This document shows, piece after piece, positions 10,368 to 22,520 of a stretch of DNA of 64,000 nt. The notes beneath the pieces were generated by a model, which had not been told where the DNA came from, did no database searches, and saw only the letters and a list, made by a program, of their open reading frames with translations. The number at the start of each line of letters is the position of its first letter. Position 1 is the stretch's first letter. The position numbers and the translations under genes are program-made. Origin of the DNA: an uncultured Actinomycetota bacterium (GTDB lineage Bacteria > Actinomycetota > Thermoleophilia > RBG-16-64-13); assembly GCA_963701105.1 (NCBI GenBank), contig OY969565.1, positions 1,014,998 through 1,078,997 on the forward strand, read 5' to 3'.

Positions 10368-11201
10368 TTAGTTCCGATTATAAAAATTTAGTTCGAGATT
10401 ATTTTTCTGTTTGCTTTCAACAATTCCTACCACAAAAACATTTTCCACACTGCTGAAGTCGACAAAAGGTTTTACCTTTGCTTCATTAAAAATACCGGTT
10501 TCAACTTTACTTAAACCTGTAATAACCCCAACCTGAATTGGAACAGGGATAATTGAACTAATTTCTGAAGTTACTATTCTGTCTCCTGCTTCAATATCGT
10601 AAGTTTTGGGTACATCTACTATCACAAGATCTTTACCGTTCCATTTCATCATCCCATCAATTCTGCTGCGTTCATCCTTTACAGTAATTTTAAGATCAAT
10701 ATTTTGAAGAGTTCTTGCAATTGCGTAATCCTGTGAAACTGATATAATTATACCAATTAATCCTTTGTCATTTATTACAGGCATTCCGGGTTTTACACTA
10801 TCTTTAATACCGGCATTTATGGTAATGCTTCCCTGTGATTTTGTTGATAGCTTGGAAACTACAGATGCGGGAATTAAAGGATACTTTACCGAGTCCTTAA
10901 GTGCTAACAGATCTTTCAGTTCATGATTAACAATTCCATATTGCCTAAGCAGGTTTACCTGAAGCATAAGATCTGCATTAACTTTTCTTAACCTCGCATT
11001 TTCATCTTTATAATTGGAAATATTAATGATATCGCTTACAACGGAAGTGACAACAGCAAAACTGCCGAATGCAACAGCTCTGGCTTGTCGTACTTTTGGA
11101 TTTTGATTTTGAGACAGGATGAATAAACTAATAACAAGAAGTATAACAAGGACAATGTATTCTTTAAAATTTTCCCATAAATTAGAAAAAAATCTAAACA
11201 T
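10368..11201 (-). CDS. mreC: Rod shape-determining protein MreC
   Basis: 277 aa with an N-terminal TM helix, a coiled-coil segment (ENARLRKVNADLMLQVNLLRQ) and beta-rich domains. It has a 1-nt overlap with mreB. Confidence 0.85.
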   Translation of the reverse strand: MFRFFSNLWENFKEYIVLVILLVISLFILSQNQNPKVRQARAVAFGSFAVVTSVVSDIINISNYKDENARLRKVNADLMLQVNLLRQYGIVNHELKDLLALKDSVKYPLIPASVVSKLSTKSQGSITINAGIKDSVKPGMPVINDKGLIGIIISVSQDYAIARTLQNIDLKITVKDERSRIDGMMKWNGKDLVIVDVPKTYDIEAGDRIVTSEISSIIPVPIQVGVITGLSKVETGIFNEAKVKPFVDFSSVENVFVVGIVESKQKNNLELNFYNRN

Positions 11202-12226
11202 TAATATCTGCGGTTACGAATTAATACTTTTGAATAATGATTTAAATTATCTATTACCTTGCCGGCACCACGAACAACTGCGGTTAAAGGATCCTCAGCT
11301 ATATGTACAGGAAGATTTGTTTCCATCCTTATGCGTTCATCAAGTCCTTTTAACAACGCACCACCGCCGGTTATCATAACTCCGCGATCCAGAATATCAG
11401 CAGATAATTCAGGAGGGGTTCGTTCAAGTGATTGTCTTACAGCATCAACTATTTGTACAACTGCTTCATTTAGCGCTTCTCTTATTTCAACTGAACTAAC
11501 TTCTGTAGTTTTTGGAATTCCTCCAACCAGGTCTCTTCCTTTAACCTGGATAGTAATTTCCTCTTTCAAAGGTACAGCTGATCCAACTTCACACTTAATC
11601 GCTTCAGCAGTTCTTTCACCAATCAGAATATTATGATTTTTTTTGAAGTACTGCATAATTGCATAATTCATTTCATCACCGGCTATTCGAATTGATTCTT
11701 CATTGACAATGCCGGATAAAGCGATAACTGCTATTTCTGTTGTTCCGCCTCCAATATCAATAATCATATTTCCAACAGGCGCCTCAACATCAATCCCGAT
11801 TCCAATTGCTGCAGCCATCGGTTCAGCAATCAGATGAACTTCCTTTGCACCGGCATGTTCCGCACTATCTCTTACAGCCCTTTTTTCAACTTCAGTTACT
11901 CCGCTTGGAACAGCAACCACAACTCTTCTGGCAGAAAAAGCACCTGCCCTAACCCTTTTAATAAAAGCTCTGATCATTCCTTCTGCAATTTCAAAATCGG
12001 CAATCACACCATCACGCATCGGTCGGGTTACACGGATTTCTTTGTGCTCTCTTCCCTGCATTTCCTTTGCTTTATTTCCAAGGGCAATAATTCTTTTTGT
12101 ATTTTTATCGAAAGCTACAATAGACGGTTCATTAAGAACAATACCCTTATTCTTTACATAAATAAGTGTATTGGCGGTTCCTAAATCTATTGCAATGTCT
12201 GCTGAGAAAAAATCAAATAAACCCAT
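11201..12226 (-). CDS. mreB: Rod shape-determining actin homologue MreB
   Basis: 341 aa with typical MreB motifs: IAIDLGTANTLIYV, DIGGGTTEIAVI and ITGGGALLKGLD. Confidence 0.95.
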   Translation of the reverse strand: MGLFDFFSADIAIDLGTANTLIYVKNKGIVLNEPSIVAFDKNTKRIIALGNKAKEMQGREHKEIRVTRPMRDGVIADFEIAEGMIRAFIKRVRAGAFSARRVVVAVPSGVTEVEKRAVRDSAEHAGAKEVHLIAEPMAAAIGIGIDVEAPVGNMIIDIGGGTTEIAVIALSGIVNEESIRIAGDEMNYAIMQYFKKNHNILIGERTAEAIKCEVGSAVPLKEEITIQVKGRDLVGGIPKTTEVSSVEIREALNEAVVQIVDAVRQSLERTPPELSADILDRGVMITGGGALLKGLDERIRMETNLPVHIAEDPLTAVVRGAGKVIDNLNHYSKVLIRNRRY

Positions 12227-12234
12227 TGTTCCTC

Positions 12235-13761
12235 TTAATGTTTAAAATGTCTTATTCCGGTAAATACCATGGAAATATTATTTTGATTTGCGGCCTCTAT
12301 TACTTCGCTATCCCGTATTGAACCACCAGGTTGAATAACTGAAGTAGCTCCGTATTTTATTATTTCAAGAAGTGTATCGGCAAAAGGGAAAAATGCATCT
12401 GATGCTGCAACTGTACCTGTTAAATCAAGTCCGTGTTCTTCTGCTTTTAATGAAGCGATCTTTGCTGAATCAAGTCGGGACATCTGGCCGGCTCCAACTC
12501 CGAGTGTAGCGTTGTTTTTTACAAACACAATTGCATTTGATTTTGTATGCTTTGAGACTATCCATGCAAACTTAAGGTCATTCAATTCTTTGTTATCCGG
12601 TTTTTTCTCTGTGACAATTTCAAGTTTCTCTTCATTCAGAGTTTCCCTATCAGAATTCTGAACGATTACACCACCAGGGATATTTTTATAATTAAATTTA
12701 TCAACCCGGACTGATTTTAATTGTTTCAATAATCTTCTATCTCTTTTTTTCTTAAGAACCTGAATTGCTTCCTCAGTATAAGAAGGAGCACAGATTATCT
12801 CAAGAAAAATCTCATTTAATTTTTCAGCAAGTGTAGAATCAACCTCTTCTGTAAAAACAACAATACCGCCAAATGCAGAAACCGGATCACATCTTAACGC
12901 TTTTATATATGCCTCTAATACATCTTTGCCTTTAGCTGCTCCTGCAGGATTCTGATGTTTTATAATTACGCAGATTTTATCCCCAAGTTCTTCAGCAAGT
13001 TCAACTGCGGCAAGCAGATCGAGAATATTATTATACGAAAGTTCTTTGCCATGGAGAACATCAAAGTAAGAATGAAAATTACCGTATAATGCAGCTTGCT
13101 GATGAGGATTCTCCCCGTAACGTAAATTCTTTTCTTTTTCAAAATTTACCCTGATATGAGATGGAGGTAATGAAAAATTTTCTTCTAGATAGTTAGAGAT
13201 ATACGTATCATAGTAAGCTGTGTGCGAAAAAGCTTCGACTGCAAGTTTTATTTTTGTACTGTTGGATACTTCACCTTTTTTTATTTCACCAAGGAAAGAA
13301 TCGTACTGAGCCGGATTTGTAAGAACGGAAACAAACTGATAATTCTTTGCAGCTGCTCTTATAAGACTTGGTCCGCCGATATCGATATTTTCAATTATAT
13401 CTTCAAGAGTAGCATCAGGATTTGCAGCAGTCTTTACAAAAGGATAAAGATTTACGCAAACGATATCTATCGGATGGATATCATTCTTTTCAGCTTGTTT
13501 AATATCTTCCTCATTATTTCTCCGCATTAATATTCCACCAAATATTTTTGGATGAAGAGTTTTTACCCTGCCATCAAATATTTCAGGAAATCCGGTAATT
13601 GTGCTGATCTCTATAACTTTTATTTTTTCTGCTGAAAGTTTCCTGGCAGTATTGCCAGTTGCAAGGATCTCATATCCAAGGTCCACCAGATCTCTGGCCA
13701 GTTCTATAATACCTGTTTTATCTGAAACACTTAATAAAGCTGACTTTTTCAAATTACTCAT
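12235..13761 (-). CDS. purH: Bifunctional AICAR transformylase / IMP cyclohydrolase
   Basis: 508 aa. ALLSVSDKTGI...RVKTLHPKIFGGIL...ENPHQQAA...GAGQMSR...QPGGSIRD. Confidence 0.93.
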   Translation of the reverse strand: MSNLKKSALLSVSDKTGIIELARDLVDLGYEILATGNTARKLSAEKIKVIEISTITGFPEIFDGRVKTLHPKIFGGILMRRNNEEDIKQAEKNDIHPIDIVCVNLYPFVKTAANPDATLEDIIENIDIGGPSLIRAAAKNYQFVSVLTNPAQYDSFLGEIKKGEVSNSTKIKLAVEAFSHTAYYDTYISNYLEENFSLPPSHIRVNFEKEKNLRYGENPHQQAALYGNFHSYFDVLHGKELSYNNILDLLAAVELAEELGDKICVIIKHQNPAGAAKGKDVLEAYIKALRCDPVSAFGGIVVFTEEVDSTLAEKLNEIFLEIICAPSYTEEAIQVLKKKRDRRLLKQLKSVRVDKFNYKNIPGGVIVQNSDRETLNEEKLEIVTEKKPDNKELNDLKFAWIVSKHTKSNAIVFVKNNATLGVGAGQMSRLDSAKIASLKAEEHGLDLTGTVAASDAFFPFADTLLEIIKYGATSVIQPGGSIRDSEVIEAANQNNISMVFTGIRHFKH

Positions 13762-13766
13762 AGTTT

Positions 13767-14372
13767 TTATTCAGAAATTTCTACCCGATTATTAATTATA
13801 TGTACTTTTTTCTCCGCAATGCTCTTTATTACCGATGATAAAATCTGATGTTCGATTTTCAATACTCTTTCAGCTATTTCTTCAGGAGTTTTAACATCTC
13901 CAATATCTACACATCTCTGAGCAATTATTGTACCCGTATCGTAAGATTCATCAACAAAATGAACCGAAACACCGGATACTTTTGCAGATGACTTGTAAAC
14001 CGCACGATGAACATTCATCCCGTACATTCCTTTTCCTCCGAATGCCGGAAGTAAAGCAGGATGAATATTAATAATTCGTCCTTTAAAATCTTTAATTACA
14101 TTTTCAGGAATTAGTTTTAGAAAACCAGCGAGTACTATAAGATCGACTTTAAGCTGAGATAAAAAATTGGAGAGGTCCTTATAATTTATAAAACCGTCCT
14201 TTTCACCAAGAGTATAAGTAGGGACGGAATATTTTTTTGCAATTGCGAAGGCGCCACACTCAGACTTATCGCTTATTACAGCTTTTATTTCGATCAGGTC
14301 TGCTAATTCCCGGGACTGTAATATTGACAGAAGATTTGATCCTCTTCCCGAAACAAAAACAGCTAAATTCAA
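13767..14372 (-). CDS. purN: Phosphoribosylglycinamide formyltransferase
   Basis: 201 aa. VFVSGRGSNL...LAGFLKLIP...INIHPALLPAFGG. It lies 5 nt upstream of purH. Confidence 0.9.
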   Translation of the reverse strand: MNLAVFVSGRGSNLLSILQSRELADLIEIKAVISDKSECGAFAIAKKYSVPTYTLGEKDGFINYKDLSNFLSQLKVDLIVLAGFLKLIPENVIKDFKGRIINIHPALLPAFGGKGMYGMNVHRAVYKSSAKVSGVSVHFVDESYDTGTIIAQRCVDIGDVKTPEEIAERVLKIEHQILSSVIKSIAEKKVHIINNRVEISE

Positions 14373-14472
14373 ATCATATTCTTAATTAATATTGGTGAAA
14401 ATTAGCTAAATAGTGAAAGATTGTCAATCAATATAAATCAGAATGGACTTTAAGGTTAATAGGATACAAAAA

Positions 14473-15981
14473 TCAATTTTTTGTACTATCCGCCTGAAAA
14501 ACATAAAGTAAATTTTTCAATTTGTTCTGATAATCGTAATTATTTTCTTCATCCGCTTTCTCAGCAAACGATTTTACCTCCTCAGGGTTACCAAGCTTTT
14601 TATATGCTCTTGCTAAATAATAATAAGAAAAAGGTATTACCCATTTTTCATTTGATGAATTCAGTCCAAGCGCCTGGTTAGCAAGATCAATTGATTCCTG
14701 GTAATTACCCATATAAAACGCCGCTTCACTTTTATAAAGAAATGCTTCGGCTTTTATTTTCTCAGATTGTATCTGAGGAAGAATGGACTGGAGGGAATCA
14801 TAAGCTGCTTTATATTTCCCAGCTTCAATCATATTATAATCGAATATTAAATTGAGTTCTAGAGATGATAAAGTTCTTTTTGCATACATCTCACCTTTTC
14901 GTTTTGCATATATGTCATCGTCAAGATCCATATTACCATTCTGTGCTTTTTCAAAATACTTTACTGCTTCCTCTCTCTCCCCGGTAGCTTCATAGCATAT
15001 TGCAAGCCGGTAGCTTGCAATTCCGGCATAGTCATTATTATCAGCCTGGTCGAGAAAATGGATATAGTATGTTTTAGCAGAATCCAGCTGATTATTGCGA
15101 AAATTAATATCTCCTTTCAAAAAATATGAGAAAGAAGTGATTTGATTGAATTGTTTGTCTCCAACTTTAATAACCTTCACCAGCAATTTATTAGCTTCTG
15201 TTAACTTTCTTTGTTTCATCAGTAGAACTGCATAAGAGTAATTGAAGAGGATATTTTCAGGGTATTTTCTGATAAGTTTTTTCAGAATAGCAGCAGAAGA
15301 TTCATAGTCGATAAGAAAATCCATATCAATCTGGGCAAGATAATACTTCGCTTCAACTTTTGCGTACTTTCCTCCCTCGGCCACGGTTTCAAGGTACTTA
15401 ACTCCAAGATCTTTTTCACCGCTTATACCAACAAGATTTAAAGCCCATTTGAAAGAGGCCGGAATTTGTGCAATCGCAAAATTGTAAAGTCCAAGTCCAA
15501 GATATGCATCTGTTCTTGCAGGATTTATTTCAAGAGATTGATTCAGATAAGTTTCAGATTTTTTTGTAGCCCATGCAGCATCAAGAAAATTACCGGCTTT
15601 ACCGAATGCAATTGCCCTGTAGTTATAATTTGCCCCGAGAAAATAAAGAGCCATTTCGTTCTTTTCGTTTTTATCCAGAAGGGCATCTCCCTTTTCCAGT
15701 GCCATATCAGAATATTTTTCAAATGAGTCAAGATCATCTTTATTATTGCCACCAAGGTAATACCACAAATAAATGCTCGATTCGAAGTGATATCCGCGCG
15801 GATCATCTGGGTATTTTTCTATTATATTTTTAAAAGTTTGATCAGCCTGGTTCCAGTCGAAATTATAACAGGCCTCAAGTCCTTTTAATATTTGTTTTTC
15901 AATCTCCTGCTGACAAAAGAGAATTGAGTTAGATAATAAAAATATGGTTAATGCGGCTAGTATAAATTTAATTGAAGACAT
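14473..15981 (-). CDS. Secreted tetratricopeptide-repeat protein
   Basis: 502 aa with a signal-like N-terminus (FILAALTIFLLSNSILFCQ) and repeated A-x-x-Y-(F/Y)-x-x-A TPR-like helices throughout. Confidence 0.6.
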   Translation of the reverse strand: MSSIKFILAALTIFLLSNSILFCQQEIEKQILKGLEACYNFDWNQADQTFKNIIEKYPDDPRGYHFESSIYLWYYLGGNNKDDLDSFEKYSDMALEKGDALLDKNEKNEMALYFLGANYNYRAIAFGKAGNFLDAAWATKKSETYLNQSLEINPARTDAYLGLGLYNFAIAQIPASFKWALNLVGISGEKDLGVKYLETVAEGGKYAKVEAKYYLAQIDMDFLIDYESSAAILKKLIRKYPENILFNYSYAVLLMKQRKLTEANKLLVKVIKVGDKQFNQITSFSYFLKGDINFRNNQLDSAKTYYIHFLDQADNNDYAGIASYRLAICYEATGEREEAVKYFEKAQNGNMDLDDDIYAKRKGEMYAKRTLSSLELNLIFDYNMIEAGKYKAAYDSLQSILPQIQSEKIKAEAFLYKSEAAFYMGNYQESIDLANQALGLNSSNEKWVIPFSYYYLARAYKKLGNPEEVKSFAEKADEENNYDYQNKLKNLLYVFQADSTKN

Positions 15982-16009
15982 TTATCGATTTTTTCTGTAT
16001 GGATGAATG

Positions 16010-17680
<1,671 letters not shown>

Positions 17681-18023
17681 CTAAGTTTTATTTACAATTT
17701 TTATTTAATAATTATTAAATAAAATATTTTATCAATTATAAGAAATGATTCCGTTTAGGGTCCACAAAAAATAAATATTAGTGATTTATTAAGATGAAAT
17801 CCTAAATAGATTCTGAGGATACAATTTACAAGTAAATGATTAAACCTTATTAGTATATTAATTATTTGTTCTAATCATAAAAAACCATCGTATACGTTAT
17901 TGGATATAACTTAACTTTAATAAAATGTAATGGGACACAAAATCTAATTTTGTTTTTTGAATCAATTTAATAATTCTGTTTAATTTTTATATTAAGATAT
18001 CCATGAAATAATAATTTATTCTT

Positions 18024-19271
18024 ATGAATCCAAAAAGAGTCGTAATAATCGGCGGCGGCTTTGGTGGAATTACAGCTGCACGTCATTTGAATACCACTGA
18101 TCTTCAAATCACTTTAATTGACAGAACTAACTATCATTTATTTCAACCTCTTTTGTACCAGGTTGCAACGGCAGCACTTTCTCCGGGAGACATTGCCGTT
18201 CCTATTCGCGCTGTATTAAGCAAAAAGGAAAATACAGAAGTAATAATGTCAGAAGTTATTTCTATTGATAAGGATAAAAAACAAATTCATTTTAAAGACA
18301 GACGTATTGAGTTCGATTATTTAATAGTTGCACCGGGTGCAAGTCATTCATATTTCGGCAATAATGAATGGGAGAAATTTGCACCTGGGTTAAAAACTTT
18401 AAGCGATGCATTATCAATCAGAGAAAGAATTTTAATTTCTTTTGAAAAAGCTGAAATGATTTCCGACCCTGAAGGCAGGGTTAAGTACCTGACATTTGTA
18501 ATAGTTGGAGGCGGACCAACCGGAGTTGAAATGGCCGGCGCAATTGCAGAAATAGCAAAAAAAACTATGCTGCGCAATTTCAAAAATATTCGTCCGGAAG
18601 AAACAAGGGTTATTTTGGTTGAAGGAGCACCGAGAGTATTAACTGCATATTCAGAAAAATTATCGGAAAGTGCAAAACAGGCCCTTACAGAACTTGGCGT
18701 TAAAGTTATTACTGATAAAATGGTTACAAACGTAAATTCTAATGGTGTTCAGCTTAAAGATGAATTAATTGAAACAGAAAATATAATCTGGGCTGCCGGA
18801 AATGAGGCTTCTCCACTGCTAAAATCTCTTAACGTTGATCTTGACAAGGCAGGAAGAGTTGTTGTTGAAAAAGATTTAAGTATAAAAAATCATTCCGAAA
18901 TATTTGTAATCGGAGATGCAGCACAGGTTAAAGATGAACATGATGAACTGTTACCCGGAATAGCCCCGGTTGCAATGCAGCAGGCAAAGTATATTTCAAA
19001 CCTCATTAATAATAATGTTTCACCGGAAAGAAGAAAACCTTTTCATTATTTTGATAAAGGAATGATGGCAACGATAGGTAAAGCTAAAGCAGTTGCAAGA
19101 ATAAGGAAATTGGAATTTAAAGGATTTATTGCCTGGTTTCTCTGGTCGTTCATACACATCTTTTTTCTGATCACATTCAGAAACAGATTCAGAGTTATGG
19201 CGGAATGGATATGGCATTATATTACAGGCAGAAGAGGTGTAAGATTAATTACCAGAAAGAAAAACGATTAA
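18024..19271 (+). CDS. ndh: Type II NADH:quinone oxidoreductase (NDH-2)
   Basis: 415 aa with two dinucleotide-binding motifs (VIIGGGFGG, VGGGPTGVE) and a C-terminal membrane-association helix. Confidence 0.85.
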   Translation: MNPKRVVIIGGGFGGITAARHLNTTDLQITLIDRTNYHLFQPLLYQVATAALSPGDIAVPIRAVLSKKENTEVIMSEVISIDKDKKQIHFKDRRIEFDYLIVAPGASHSYFGNNEWEKFAPGLKTLSDALSIRERILISFEKAEMISDPEGRVKYLTFVIVGGGPTGVEMAGAIAEIAKKTMLRNFKNIRPEETRVILVEGAPRVLTAYSEKLSESAKQALTELGVKVITDKMVTNVNSNGVQLKDELIETENIIWAAGNEASPLLKSLNVDLDKAGRVVVEKDLSIKNHSEIFVIGDAAQVKDEHDELLPGIAPVAMQQAKYISNLINNNVSPERRKPFHYFDKGMMATIGKAKAVARIRKLEFKGFIAWFLWSFIHIFFLITFRNRFRVMAEWIWHYITGRRGVRLITRKKND

Positions 19272-19697
19272 ATGAATATTATTTTTTTCAATTTATTTCG
19301 AACAACCTGAAAATAATTTTTCAGAATCAAAACTTTTATTATTTGTTTAAGTGCTTTAGATACCCTAAAAATCCCTGTTGGGAAATAAGATAATTATTCA
19401 CTATTACTTTCAATAAATCCTATCAACTAATTGAATTTTATTTTAGTAAGTTATAAACAACATGATTAAGATCTTTTTATGAGCTTTAAGTCAGTATCAT
19501 AGTACTTTATCAAACTATTATTTTCTGCTTATGTAGGATCAGTTGTTGGTGATTTGGTAAAATCTTTGGTATCCATAAAACTAGGTATTTCTTTAAGGCT
19601 CTCAAGTTTAAATCTTTACAATGAAATTATCACCTGAAAATCTGTGATTCTCCTTTTCGCAGCAATTGGTATTATTTTCTTCATTCTATTTAAATAA
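18930..19697 (+). repeat. Direct repeat copy 1 (3' end of ndh, intergenic spacer and degenerate small ORF)
   Basis: Aligns by eye with 26044-26725. The ndh-derived part has about 21 substitutions, one 1-nt gap and one 9-nt gap over about 340 nt (hand count). The distal part is more diverged, and copy 1 carries about 80 nt extra around 19300-19380. Confidence 0.85.
19479..19697 (+). pseudogene. Degenerate copy of the small membrane-protein gene at 26504-26725
   Basis: Same frame and similar length (73 versus 74 codons), but with in-frame TAG (19500-19502, where the intact copy has TGG) and TGA (19635-19637). Confidence 0.7.
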
Positions 19698-19745
19698 TTA
19701 GGATAAACTAAATCGAAGAATAAAACGCGAATAAAAATCAAAGAA

Positions 19746-19782
19746 TAAATCCGTTATTCCAAGGAATGGATTTATTTTGCTT
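19746..19782 (+). terminator. Possible intrinsic terminator
   Basis: Imperfect inverted repeat ATAAATCCgttATTCC-aa-GGAATGGATTTAT followed by TTTTGCTTTC. It contains a bulge, so the call is weak. Confidence 0.35.
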
Positions 19783-19887
19783 TCAAATACTAATATAAAA
19801 ATTTGTGATGGGGATTAATTATTCGCTCGGAAATATCTGATAACTTTATTTTATGCATTCAAAAATTACCGGAATGAATTAAGAAAT

Positions 19888-20850
19888 ATGGGAGAATTCT
19901 TTAATTCAATAAGTAAATTTTTTTCATCTCTTTTCTACTCGGGCTCGGATGAAGCCTATAATATAAATAATATGTTCCTGCAGTATATGATGCTTGCAGG
20001 CGTTATCGTATTAATTGTTGCGGGATCTATTACTGTTGCAGCTATAATTTACAGGTCTAAAAAAAGACCTGCTCAGCCCAGACAAATTTTCGGAAATAAA
20101 AAGCTTGAATTCACATGGACTGTTGTGCCGTTACTTGCTGTAACATTCTTTTTCTTTCTTGCAGTAAGAACTATGTCTGAAATAAACGCTCCTTTTAATA
20201 AAAAGTCGCAGCCGGATATTGTAATAATAGCACATCAGTGGTGGTGGGATATAAGATATCCAAAATATGATGTGATTACTGCTAACGAACTACACATCCC
20301 AGTTGGGAAAAAATTATTAATGCGCGTTGAATCTGCAGATGTAATTCACGACTGGTGGGTTCCAGAACTTGGAAGAAAAATAGATGCTGTACCGGGTCAG
20401 TTAAATTATAACTGGATAGAGGCTGATACTGCTGGAGTTTATGCAGGAACCTGCAGTGAGTACTGCGGAATGGAGCATGCCTGGATGAGGATTATGGTAG
20501 TGGCGCAGGATAAGAATAACTTTAATAACTGGATAAAGAACCAGCAGAAAATACCTGAAGTACCGGTAAACAAACCTTCCCGAATAGGTGCGATTCTATT
20601 TCAGAAAAAAACTTGTGCTAACTGCCATTCAATAAACGGAACTCCTGCAGATTCGCATATTGGACCAGACCTCACGCATCTTGGATCACGTGCAACCCTT
20701 CTCTCGGGAATGCTCAAAAATAACAGAGTGAATTTAGCAAGATGGCTGAAAAATCCACAGAAAGTAAAAGAGGGGGCGCACATGCCGAATTTTATTCTCA
20801 GCAAAGAAGAGATAAATGCCCTTGTATCTTATCTGGAAGGATTAAAATGA
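19888..20850 (+). CDS. coxB: Cytochrome c oxidase subunit II with fused C-terminal cytochrome c domain (caa3 type)
   Basis: 320 aa with two N-terminal TM helices, a CuA motif (CSEYCGMEHAWM) and a C-terminal heme c motif (CANCH). Confidence 0.9.
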   Translation: MGEFFNSISKFFSSLFYSGSDEAYNINNMFLQYMMLAGVIVLIVAGSITVAAIIYRSKKRPAQPRQIFGNKKLEFTWTVVPLLAVTFFFFLAVRTMSEINAPFNKKSQPDIVIIAHQWWWDIRYPKYDVITANELHIPVGKKLLMRVESADVIHDWWVPELGRKIDAVPGQLNYNWIEADTAGVYAGTCSEYCGMEHAWMRIMVVAQDKNNFNNWIKNQQKIPEVPVNKPSRIGAILFQKKTCANCHSINGTPADSHIGPDLTHLGSRATLLSGMLKNNRVNLARWLKNPQKVKEGAHMPNFILSKEEINALVSYLEGLK

Positions 20851-22517
20851 ATTTAAAATTAAATATACCGGAATCTTCTGAGCCATTGCCTAATTTACGG
20901 TCGTCGAACGGTCTTTTATCCTGGATTACAACTGTTGATCATAAACAAATCGGAATAATGTACTTATGTGCTGCAGTTATATTTTTTCTGCTTGGATTTT
21001 CTGAAGCTCTACTTATGCGTATCCAGCTTATGCGTCCTGAAAATAGTTTTCTGTCACCTGAAGCATACAACCAGATATTTACGATGCATGGTACTACGAT
21101 GATTTTTATGGTTCTTACACCCATGCTTTTAGGATTTGCCACTTATCTCCTGCCGCTGATGATCGGTGCTAATGAGATGGCTTTTCCACGGCTGAATGCA
21201 TTCAGTTTCTGGATTTTCCTCTTCGGCGGTTTCTTGCTCTATTTCAGTTTTTTTGCAGGAGGAGCACCGGATGTAGGCTGGTTTAGTTATGCTCCTTTAA
21301 GCGAGACTAATTTCAGTATTTCTCCAGGTGTGAATTACTGGGCTTTTAGTATTATCCTGATGGGAGTTGGAAGCATTGGAGCTGCACTGAATTTTGTTTC
21401 TACTACTCTGACAATGCGAACAAAAGGACTGTCTATGACTAAGCTCCCCCTGTTCGTCTGGATGGTATTCGTAAATGCATTTTTAATGCTGGCAGCCTTT
21501 CCTGTGCTTAATGCAGGTCTGGCAATGATTTTAATAGATCGTATGCTTAATGCACATTTTTTCACAACAGCTACGGGCGGTTCAGCAGTACTCTGGCAGC
21601 ACCTATTCTGGACATTTGGTCATCCTGAAGTGTACATTCTTGCGTTACCAGCTTTTGGAATAGCATCAGAAGTTATCCCTGTATTTTCACGCAAGCCTAT
21701 ATTCGGATATGAATTTGTGGCCGCTTCAACTGTTGCTATTGCACTGCTTTCGTTCGGGGTGTGGGCTCACCATATGTTTGCAATGGGACTCGGGACAACA
21801 TTTAATGCATTTTTTGCTGCAACAAGCATGTTGATTGCAGTCCCAACTGGAGTTAAAATATTTAACTGGATTGCAACAATGTGGGGAGGTTCCATACAGT
21901 TTAAAACTGCGATGCTTTTTGCAACAGCTTTTTTGATTGAATTCACTATCGGCGGATTAAGCGGTGTGGGTTTCGCAATAGTTCCGATTGATTGGAGACT
22001 CACCGATACTTATTTCGTAGTTGCACATATACATTATGTATTCATTGGTGCTTCCTTGATGTGCGGATTTGCAGGTGCTTATTACTGGTTCCCAAAAATT
22101 ACAGGCAGAATGCTTTCGGAAAAACTGGGTAAATGGCATTTCTGGACATTCATTATCGGATTTAACGGGACATTTTTTGTTTTTCATCTGTTGGGATTAC
22201 TCGGTATGCCAAGGAGAGTTTTCACATATCCTGACCTGCCTTATTTTGGTTCCCTTAATATGTTTTCCACTCTGAGTTCATTTGTGCTGGGATTCTCTAT
22301 CCTGATCTTCATTTATAATATCTATTACAGCCTAAAAAAAGGGAAACCGGCAGGAGATAATCCCTGGCAGGCATGGACTCTTGAATGGCTTACAACTTCA
22401 CCGCCGCAGCTCAGAAATTTTAAGGATATACCACTTGTTAAAAGCCGGAGACCTTTATATGATTTAAATAATCCTGAGGCACCTGACTGGAAAATAAAAG
22501 CAGGGAAAGCAAAATAG
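20847..22517 (+). CDS. coxA: Cytochrome c oxidase subunit I
   Basis: The ORF track begins at 20742 inside coxB. I place the start at ATG 20847, which forms an ATGA overlap with the coxB stop (MNLKLNIP...). Heme-copper oxidase signatures are present: WTFGHPEVYILALP, WAHHMF, HYVFIG. Confidence 0.92.
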   Translation: MNLKLNIPESSEPLPNLRSSNGLLSWITTVDHKQIGIMYLCAAVIFFLLGFSEALLMRIQLMRPENSFLSPEAYNQIFTMHGTTMIFMVLTPMLLGFATYLLPLMIGANEMAFPRLNAFSFWIFLFGGFLLYFSFFAGGAPDVGWFSYAPLSETNFSISPGVNYWAFSIILMGVGSIGAALNFVSTTLTMRTKGLSMTKLPLFVWMVFVNAFLMLAAFPVLNAGLAMILIDRMLNAHFFTTATGGSAVLWQHLFWTFGHPEVYILALPAFGIASEVIPVFSRKPIFGYEFVAASTVAIALLSFGVWAHHMFAMGLGTTFNAFFAATSMLIAVPTGVKIFNWIATMWGGSIQFKTAMLFATAFLIEFTIGGLSGVGFAIVPIDWRLTDTYFVVAHIHYVFIGASLMCGFAGAYYWFPKITGRMLSEKLGKWHFWTFIIGFNGTFFVFHLLGLLGMPRRVFTYPDLPYFGSLNMFSTLSSFVLGFSILIFIYNIYYSLKKGKPAGDNPWQAWTLEWLTTSPPQLRNFKDIPLVKSRRPLYDLNNPEAPDWKIKAGKAK

Positions 22518-22520
22518 AAT

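Noticed and set aside
11259-11636. Antisense ORFs inside well-supported genes. Examples: 11259-11636 and 11834-12184 in mreB, 25316-25792 in cytochrome b, 16416-16798 in pyrG, 8538-8927 in mrdA, 32996-33355 in the PQQ gene, 43287-43595 in the permease.
   Set aside because: All lie opposite confidently identified conserved genes and have low-complexity or biased composition. They are typical shadow ORFs.
20742-20846. Upstream extension of the coxA ORF (the track start at 20742 gives MAEKSTESKRGGAHAEF...)
   Set aside because: This part lies entirely inside coxB in another frame. The ATGA overlap at 20847 gives a normal subunit I N-terminus.
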